From Octopus vulgaris (Eukaryota): a stretch of 64,000 nucleotides of DNA. Shown here one piece after another: positions 54,381 through 64,000 of the stretch. Each line of letters starts with the position of its first letter. Within the stretch, counting starts at the first letter, position 1. Made by a program: the position numbers and the translations under genes. Below the pieces are notes generated by a model that was given only the letters and a program-made list of their open reading frames with translations, was not told where the DNA came from and made no database searches. The stretch is taken from NCBI GenBank assembly GCA_951406725.2, contig OX597838.1, forward strand, positions 40,672,001 through 40,736,000, read 5' to 3'.

Positions 54381-55717
54381 CTGGTGTCGTGGAAACTGAT
54401 GCCCTTGCCTAAAAAAGGAATCCTGGGGGTTCTTCTATTTGCGGTATTTTGCTGTATGTGATTCTGTCCCCCGTTGACATGTCTGTTGAAGAGGTTTTGG
54501 TTGTTGTGATTCTGTCCCCCGTTGCTATGTTGTCTGTTGAGGAGGTTTTGGTTGTTCCAGGGTCTGGGTTGTTGGTGTGGCCTCCTGGAAGAGTTTTGGT
54601 TATTCCAGGGTTTGGGTTGTTTGTCCTGGGTGTAATGTTGGTTCCTTAGAGTGGGTTGGAAACTATATTCATGGTTTAGAAGTGAATCCCTATATGTTGG
54701 GGGAGAACTCTGAGTTAGGAGCGGTTTGGGTTGGAATCTACAATCATAGTTCAGAGATGGGTTTTTAAGTGATGGGTAGGATCTCCGAATCTGGAACGGT
54801 TCTTGTGTGGGTTGGGGTCTACGTTGTCTGGTAAAGTTTTGTCGTGTGATGATGGGTGTCTCGGTTCTTTTGATGGGATTGTAGTGCTGTCTGTAAGTTC
54901 TGTTGTTGTTGTTGTCGATGTTAGGGGTGGTGTGTGTTCGGTGTTTTGTGGTTGGTTTTCTTTGTTTTTGGCGAGGGGTGTGAGTTGAAGTAGATATTTT
55001 AAAATATGGGTTGCTTGAAAGGTGTTCCTTTGTGAACTCTGTTTCATAATTGGTGAACCAGCTGTTTTTTTCCATTCGCTGGAGGGATGTTATTTCTTCA
55101 TCCTCGCAGTTTTTTCTCCAGAGTTTGGTGGTTTCATCAAGGAGTGCTCCTTCACAGTGTTTTGAGATTTCAATCTGCATTTCATTGTCAAGGGTCTTGG
55201 ATTTTTCTTCACTGGCGTTGGCTCTGAGCCGCAAGTGTTCTACTTCCGTTTTGAATTTTTCAAAAGCTAGTTTCTCCCTGAGGTTTTTTTGGTTTTCTGG
55301 TTCATTTTGGATGGGTTTTATTTGTAGTTTTCTGGGTAGGATGATAGGGGTGGAGTTGAGCCACTTTTCATAAATGTCAGCTTTGTTGATATTTTTTATG
55401 AAATTCCAGAAGGCAAACTTACGCGCTTTGAGATTTTTACTCCAGGTGTTGTTAAGAGAGCTTTTAATTGAGAAGCAGTCTTTAGTTTGCTCCTGCTTTG
55501 GGAGCACTGCCGTCTCTATGGATTTCATTAGGTTTTGCAGTGTTGGGATGATGTCAGGGATTTGATTGGTTGTTTTGGCCTCCATGAGTCCATTTAGGTA
55601 TAAGTGCGATTGTTCGACATTGTTTATTATGGTTGAAAGTTTCGAGGAGATTTCTTGTAATTCTTTTAGGATATTTTGGTTCATTAAAGATTCTGCTTGT
55701 TGTGATTTGGGTGGCAT
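54374..55717 (-). CDS. PLE ORF1: helical/coiled-coil-like N-terminal two thirds and Q/N/R-rich repetitive tail
   Basis: 447-aa open frame starting about 40 nt after the upstream pLTR. Heptad-like E/K/L-rich segments and repeats PWNNQN and NGGQNH. Overlaps ORF2. Confidence 0.85.
   Translation of the reverse strand: MPPKSQQAESLMNQNILKELQEISSKLSTIINNVEQSHLYLNGLMEAKTTNQIPDIIPTLQNLMKSIETAVLPKQEQTKDCFSIKSSLNNTWSKNLKARKFAFWNFIKNINKADIYEKWLNSTPIILPRKLQIKPIQNEPENQKNLREKLAFEKFKTEVEHLRLRANASEEKSKTLDNEMQIEISKHCEGALLDETTKLWRKNCEDEEITSLQRMEKNSWFTNYETEFTKEHLSSNPYFKISTSTHTPRQKQRKPTTKHRTHTTPNIDNNNNRTYRQHYNPIKRTETPIITRQNFTRQRRPQPTQEPFQIRRSYPSLKNPSLNYDCRFQPKPLLTQSSPPTYRDSLLNHEYSFQPTLRNQHYTQDKQPKPWNNQNSSRRPHQQPRPWNNQNLLNRQHSNGGQNHNNQNLFNRHVNGGQNHIQQNTANRRTPRIPFLGKGISFHDTRW
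54410..54416 (-). promoter_or_regulatory. Predicted -1 ribosomal frameshift slippery site U_UUU_UUA
   Basis: CCT TTT TTA GGC is in the ORF1 frame; the -1 frame is open from 54434 directly into ORF2. Confidence 0.75.
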
Positions 55718-55837
55718 TTTCGGGACTCGTGTGATGTTTATATATATATATATATAAAAGTTGAGTTGTGGGGTATCGCACGAGTGGGATTATATAAGAA
55801 AAAAGGTTTGAAAATGCAATTTAAACGATGTTTATTT

Positions 55838-55878
55838 ACTTAACCGGTTTCACTCTTTGGTAAAAGATTGTCAAAAGT
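55838..55878 (-). ncRNA. U3-A8 variant hammerhead (upstream pLTR)
   Basis: Identical to 49888-49928; about 120 nt upstream of the ORF1 ATG. Confidence 0.75.
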
Positions 55879-56932
55879 TACATTTAAGGAAACATTGAAT
55901 AATATGGGTTCAAAAAAAGTTTTTTACATAATTGTCACATTGAATATTATGCATTCAAAAAAGTTTTTACATAATTGTCACATTGGATATTATGAATTCA
56001 AAAATGAGTGTGTACGCTATAGGTTTGTAATTTGTGTGTGGGGGGGGTAAATTTTTTATATATATATATGTATGTGTATGTGTGTGAAAAAATATATGTA
56101 TGTGCATGTATGTATGTATGTATGTGTGTATATATATATATATATGTGTATATATATGTGTGTGTGTATGTGTGTGTGTGTATATTTATTTGCTTGTTTA
56201 TGTGTGTATAAACATGTACAATATTTGCATGCGCATTGTGTATATGTATATTGTATGTATGTGTATTGTATATGTATGTGTACAATTAAGTGTATATATG
56301 TGTGTGTATGTGTGCATTGTATATATGTATATTGTAGGTGTGCTATATATGCATGAATACATGTATGTGCATTGCGTGTATATATATGTATACATTGTGT
56401 ATGTATGTTATGTGTGTGTGTGTATATATATATTATATGTATGCGTACGTGTATGTGTATGCGTTGTATGTATGTATATTGTGTGTATATGTGGTACATC
56501 TATGTATGTGTATGTAAACACTATTTATATGTATATGTGTATATATGTATATGCATTGTCTATATATATATATTATATGTATGTACTGCGTATGTATATT
56601 GCATGCATATATTGTGTATGTATATTACTTACATGCTGTATGTGTGTATTGTATGTGTATATATATGCTAGGTGTATTTGTGTGATATTTATATTATGTA
56701 TGTATGTGTGCGTGTGTTGTGTGTGTGTGTGTGTATATATGTGTGTGTGTTGTGTGTGTATGTGTGTTATATATCTGTGTATGTTATATATAGATACATA
56801 TTATATTTGTGTGCTGTGTGTATATGTGATATATGTGGGTGCGTTGTGTGTGGGTGTGTGTGTTCTGTGTGTGTGTGTGTTGTTTGTATGTGGTGTGTGT
56901 TTGTTTACTATGTGTGTGTGTGTGTGTGTTGT

Positions 56933-56971
<39 letters not shown>

Positions 56972-57551
56972 GACAAACAGACGCTATCTGACCAGCGGGC
57001 ACGGACACATCTATTCACACCCGCATACTAACCTCCTGATAACCCCAAAATCATTCATGCATAAAGGGGAAGTATACACCACATTGGCTACTTCCTCTGT
57101 TCTCTCAGTTCAGCCTTTCAGCTAATACCGACAGGTCAGTAAAAACATATTCTCGCCTTGTACTTAAAATATTCTGAGATGTATAAAAAATCCATTTTAA
57201 TTTTTGCTGTCAAAAAACTGTATATATATACCAAAGATTGTATATATATACATGTAATGTGACAATTTGCGACAACCAATAATTAACGCAAGCAATTCCC
57301 AATAATATATTTGTTTTATCCTTTTCTGCCAAATTTTCCCAAATATTCTCATCACACTATTGAACTTCTCTGTTACCAAACACTATATTTATACATGTAA
57401 TGTGACAATTATGTATAAAAAAACATTTTTGAATTCATAATATCCAATGTGACAATTATGTAAAAACTTTTTTGAATGCATAATATTCAATGTGACAATT
57501 ATGTAAAAAAACTTTTTTGAACCCATATTATTCAATGTTTCCTTAAATGTA

Positions 57552-57592
57552 ACTTTTGACAATCTTTTACCAAAGAGTGAAACCGGTTAAGT
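57552..57592 (+). ncRNA. U3-A8 variant hammerhead (inverted pLTR)
   Basis: ACTT 57552-57555, TTGACAA 57556-57562, GAAA 57579-57582, CCGG, TT, AAGT 57589-57592. Confidence 0.75.
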
Positions 57593-57807
57593 AAATAAAC
57601 ATCGTTTAAATTGCATTTTCAAACCTTTTTTCTTATATATATATATATATATATATACATAAATATATAAATATATATATATGCATATATATATATATAT
57701 TTAAATATATATATATAAATATATAAATTTAAATATTTATACATATATACATATTTAAGTATTTTTATATATATATTTCAATATATATATTTAAATATTT
57801 AAATATT

Positions 57808-58008
<201 letters not shown>

Positions 58009-58487
58009 GTGTGTATTTTATGTATGCATTTTATTCTTTTCAGGGCCTACTCAATATAAAAGAATGTCTGTAGTCGAGCGCATGTCCCTCCGGGGGTTAT
58101 CACACTGATGTATCGATATTTGTCTTTGAGGTGGCAGCTATAATACAATAAACGATATTGAATATATCGCAAAATAAAACGAACACCAAATAAAAGAAAT
58201 AAAAAGCCAAAGCGCTGTTGCTTCGACTCGCAGCTTTGTTGTCGACGAAGGAGAAGAACGTTAAATGAGGCTTTTCTATATTCGTCTATCCTAGATTTTG
58301 CTGTTAGTGGCTGACCTCATGTCAGCTCTGATCTGACAGATCTATGCAGGATGAAAAGCTGTTTCAGTCGTGACCATCACGTCTTTATCTTTCTATTTGC
58401 TGTATCTAAGACTACGTTGCCAAAATGTGCTTTGTTTTTTGTAAAGGTTGTAGAGATAGTGGGGAATTATTATTATAAGGGGTTCTA

Positions 58488-58890
58488 AGGCTGGTGAGCT
58501 GGCAGAATCGTTAGCACGCCGGGCGAAATGCTTAGCGGTATTTCACCTGCCGCTACGTTCTGAGTTCAAATTCCACCGAGGTCGACTTTGGCTTTCATCC
58601 TTTCGGGGCTGATTAAATAAGTACCAGTTACGCACTGGGGTCGATGTAATTGACTTGATCCCTTCCCCCAAATTTGAGGCCTTGTGCTTCCAGTAGAAAG
58701 AATTATTACAAGTGGTAGAGAAGAAGCAGAATAGTAAGCTTAACGGTATTTCGCCCGCCTTTTCGTTCTGAGTTCAAATGCCGCCGAGGTTGACTTTCTC
58801 GTTTACACAGATTCCAGTGGAGCAGTGAGATCTGACTAATCGACTAACACCTCCCACCGAAATTTCAGACGTTCTGCTTTTTGTAGAAAT
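58488..58890 (+). mobile_element. Two tandem SINE family B copies
   Basis: Full copy at 58488-58710 and a diverged copy at 58715-58890 ending in (TTA)n. Confidence 0.85.
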
Positions 58891-58892
58891 TA

Positions 58893-59465
<573 letters not shown>

Positions 59466-59869
59466 GTGAAGGCAATGAGCTGGTAGAATCATTAGCAAGT
59501 CTTCATGTTCTCAGTTCAAATATCCGCAGATGTTGATTTGCCTTCGGAGTCAGTGGAATAAATTGGGCTTTGTATAATCGAGTGGAACCTCTCCGAAAAT
59601 TCCAAACTTTGTGCCTATTGGAGAAAGAATTATTAGATATAAATTAGAGTATCGAGTATTTCTTCCGATACTTGATGTTCTGACTTCAAATCCCACCGAT
59701 GCTATAGATGATCGATTATAAATCGAGTGACAAACGCAGCGAGCGGGAAGAACTGTTGCAGTGACGGAGAAATTCTTTCTGGCGTTAGTAAGAGAATTTT
59801 ATATATAGATATATGTAACGTAATAGATATAATGCACACATATATAACATAGTATAAAATATGATATAC

Positions 59870-60193
<324 letters not shown>

Positions 60194-60211
60194 TCCTGAC
60201 TTCGGACGGGG

Positions 60212-60590
60212 AGGTGGCGAGCTGGTAGAATCTTTAGGAGGTCGGACAAAAAATGCTTGGGGACGTTTTTTCCGTCTTTATATTCTGAGTCCAAATCTTG
60301 CCGAGATCAATTTTACTTTGCATCCTTTTGAATTTGATCAAATAAAGTACCATTTAAGTACAGGGGGCAATATAATCGACTAACCCCCTTCCCTCAAATT
60401 TGCTGGTTTTGTGCCTAAATCAGGAACCATTCTATGAGTAAGCTCAGTTTTGTGGTTAAGTAGTTGGGCTCGTAACTACATGAATTTAAGTTCGGTTCCA
60501 CTGCACGACATCTTTCACAAGTGTCTTCCATAGCCTCGGACCAAACAACGCCATGTAGGTGAATTTAATAGACAGAAAACTGTATGTGTG

Positions 60591-60629
<39 letters not shown>

Positions 60630-60870
60630 CTATGTGTAGGCGTGCGTGTGTGTGTATGTATTTATATATGTGTCTGTACATCTGTGTGTCTGTCCACCCC
60701 ACCGTAAATGTTGGTCTATTTACATCCCCATAATCTAGCAGTTCAGCAAAGCGAGATCGAAAGAATAAGAATCAGGTTTGCGAGAATGTAAGCTCTCGAG
60801 GATATATTTGTTCAGCCATTTAACGGTTGCCCCAGCATGACCGCTTTTCAAAACTAACACAAGTAAAAGC
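60212..60870 (+). mobile_element. Diverged SINE B (60212-60425) followed by diverged SINE A (about 60450-60870)
   Basis: Recognisable but decayed heads, central motifs and tails. Confidence 0.65.
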
Positions 60871-62336
60871 AAAAGCAGAAGTAAGTTCGCGGTGACACGT
60901 GGTTTCATGTCCCAACTGCTGAATGAGAGCAGGTAGAGGGTGAAAGGTAAGATATATTGCATCTGTATTGATCTGGTATTATTAGATCATAGTTATTAAG
61001 TAAACCATTTCCAATCATAAGAACCCATCCAAGGTAATGTCATCATTAAAATACGAAATTTTGTTCTTGATGAGTTGGCAAAATATATGCCATAGAAGCT
61101 TGTAAAGGCGCCATACTTATCAACATCACCATCAACACCACCATCATAATCGTCATCATCATCACCATCATCAAAATGTTCATCATCATCACCATCGTTA
61201 CAGCGCCCCCACCAACTACTACAAGCACAAATCCAAATGTTTGGTTGATTTTTTTTCCCTCTCTTCCCGTAGACAGTAAAAAAATATCAGCCGTTTAATG
61301 TGATCGATCGACTATAAACGTCTCCTTCAAATGTGTAAAATTGAGCCAAACACAGGAAATTAGCATCAGTATATTAGTATATTAGTATATTAGTATATTC
61401 CTATATTAGTATATTACCATATTACTATATTTATTAGCATATCATTATATTACTCCATTAGAATATTATTACATTACTATTTTCGTAAATTCCTTTTGAA
61501 ATTCCTATCGATACAGACGATAAACACCACACAAATCACTGTGTGCCTTTTAAATTTCGAGTAAACGATAAAAAAATAAACTTTTAAACTCTTTTATTAC
61601 CATATGTCTGTAGAAATGCGTTGCCTCGGCGTAAATTACTTTTGAAAATAATGAAGAATTTAGTGAAATAAGTTTGTCTTTATTAAGGAGGTGCCTGAAA
61701 TTCTGAGGTTTTGATGGAACGTTATAATTTCGATCGCTTTTAAAGTAAGAAGCTTGTATCATAATACCAGGGGTATTACCGGGTCGGGTTGGCGTTCAGG
61801 TTAAGTTTCTTCACTGAATACATTTGGAATACAGCCAAATCAATAAGATTTCTTCAACATTTCGTTCTTATGGCGAAATTGGTCAGAGCTTTGATTTCTT
61901 TCCCCAACTGCATGGCAGAAATCGTGATGACGTCATGAGTGCGATCGTCCTGATGATAGTAATCAAAATCATTATAATGATGATGATGATAATATTGATG
62001 ACAGTGACCATCACCATAACCATCATAATCATGATCCTTGTTGTCATCATCACTAGTGGCAACATCATCAGCATCACCGTCATCACCTCGACCATCAACA
62101 TTATCATCATCGTCATCGTGCTGTTAATGCAGATCAATGTAGCCTTACCAATACACACACACACACACACATATATTAATATATTTATATATTTATTATA
62201 TATATATATATATATATATATAATACATATATATATACCGAGCGTGGCCGTCTGCCAGCCTACCTGTGTCGGTGGCATATATATATACATATATATATAT
62301 ATGTATATATATAGCTGTATATATATATATATGATG

Positions 62337-62492
<156 letters not shown>

Positions 62493-62654
62493 GCTCACAA
62501 TCAGTTTTCCGTTATAAAATCATTTCCTCCGCTTTCATATCATTCACATCCACAGAGAAGTTGGCGTATACACCCTCCAATATATACCCATACTAACAAG
62601 CATGTATATGTATATACGCATGCGCACACATATAGATGCGCACAAACCTACATA

Positions 62655-62978
62655 AACTGGCTCCTCTCTGCCTGTTGCGACGACGAGGGTTCCAGTTGAT
62701 CTGATTAACCGAACAACGAGCTCTTGAAATTAACATACAAGTGGCTGAGTACTCCACAGACACGCGTTCCCATAACATACTTCCTTCGGTGTGACACAAA
62801 ATGTGACAAGGCTGGCCCCTTTGGATTACGGGTACAAGCCATTTTCGCCAGCTGAGTGGACTGGAGCAATAAAGTGAAATAAAGTGTCTTGCCCAAGGAC
62901 ACAACGCGTCAGTCGGTATCGAACTCATTACCTTGCGATCATGAGCCGAGTATTCTAACGAGTAAGCCAAGCGCTTTC
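62655..62978 (-). mobile_element. tRNA-derived SINE, family D
   Basis: Minus strand tggcttactcgttag (A-box)...gagttcgatacc (B-box)...gttgtgtccttgggcaagacacttta. Confidence 0.75.
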
Positions 62979-63284
62979 ACACACACATTAAACAAAAATT
63001 TCGTAATTTGCTTCTAAAACTGCTGTCCGTCGTATGTTTACAATTCCAATTTTTAAATTGAATGAAGAGTAACAACTTTTGAAAGTGATCGATTCTTATC
63101 TTGATGCTCCCACACAACATACCGATAAATCACCCCGAATCGATAGCATTCTTATCGATCTTTTTCTCAAATACTATTTCAAATAATAAAAAAGTAATAA
63201 CTGAACAAATACCACACACACACACACACACACACACAATAAAGGGGGAGTTTCTTTGTTATATATATATAATTTCCTTTATTA

Positions 63285-64000
63285 CGGCGGTGAGCTGGCA
63301 GAATCGTTAGCACACCGGGCGAAATGCTCAGTGGTATTTCGTCTGCCGCAACGTTCTGAGTTCAAATTCCGCCGTGGTCGACTCTGCCTTTCATCCTTTC
63401 GGAGTCGATTAAATAAGTACCAGTTAAGCACTGGGGTCGATATAATCAACTTAATCCGTTTGTCTGTCCTTGTTTGTCCTCTCTGTGTTTAGACCCTTGT
63501 GGGTAGTAAAGAAATAGGTATTTCGTCTACCGCAACGTTCTGAGTTCAAATTCCGCCGAGGTCGACTCTGCCTTTCATCCTTTCGCGATCAATAATTGAG
63601 CACAGGGATCGATTTAATCGACTAGTTTCCGCCCACAAAATTTCAGGCTTTGTGCATATAATAAAAAAGATTATTATTATTAAGGTGGCGAGCTGGCAGA
63701 ATCATTTGCGCGCCGGGCAAAACGCTTTGTGGCATTCCACCCGTCTTCACATTCTGAGTTCAAATTCCGCCAAGCTCGACTTTGCCTTTCATTCTTTCGG
63801 AGTCGATAAATAAAGTACCGGTTGAGTAACGGCGTCGGTGTAATCGGTGAGTCGAAATTTGGGGTGAGGGACTCGTACCCTCACCCCACATGTCTATAGT
63901 GGAAAGGATTATTATCATTATTAAGGCGGAGAGACAATCGTTAACCCGCCGGATAAAATGCTTAGTGACATTTCGTCCATCCTTACGTTCTGAGTTCAAA
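63285..64000 (+). mobile_element. Head-to-tail cluster of about 4 SINE family B units
   Basis: Repeated gttctgagttcaaattccgcc / gcctttcatcctttc modules at about 63355, 63540, 63755 and 63990; runs off the window. Confidence 0.85.

Larger units (their letters stand above)
49806..57639 (-). mobile_element. Apparently intact Neptune-type Penelope-like retroelement with tandem and inverted pLTRs
   Basis: The direct repeat 49806-50099 / 55756-56006 brackets two open ORFs. 56005-57639 is an inverted copy of 49841-51527. Three hammerhead copies; (TA)n on both flanks. Confidence 0.95.

Overview
AT-rich, microsatellite-saturated animal DNA; the tRNA-derived SINE families look like those of octopus/cephalopods (inference from recognition, not a database hit). 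I found no host protein-coding gene I can support: almost all ORFs in the track are translated (TA)n/(CA)n/(TAG)n repeats. The window is dominated by Penelope-like retroelements (PLEs). (i) An apparently intact Neptune-type PLE (49806-57639, minus strand) has a coiled-coil-like ORF1 and an RT-GIY-YIG ORF2. The two overlap at an in-frame U_UUU_UUA heptamer, predicting a gag-pol-like -1 ribosomal frameshift. (ii) A 5'-truncated Naiad-type PLE lies at 19487-22782. (iii) Many non-autonomous fold-back pLTR relics sit in (TA)n tracts. About 15 type I hammerhead ribozyme motifs from about 8 families can be read by eye, including U3-A8 and A6U core variants. Two ORF1-only (HAL1-like, zinc-knuckle) LINE derivatives are stacked at the same 16-bp site inside a SINE head. 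Also present: R4/Dong fragments in (TAA)n, a mariner relic, a non-autonomous Helitron, a CR1-like 3' end, four SINE families, and several local sequences copied into nearby (TA)n tracts. All alignments and RNA folds were done by eye and need computational confirmation.
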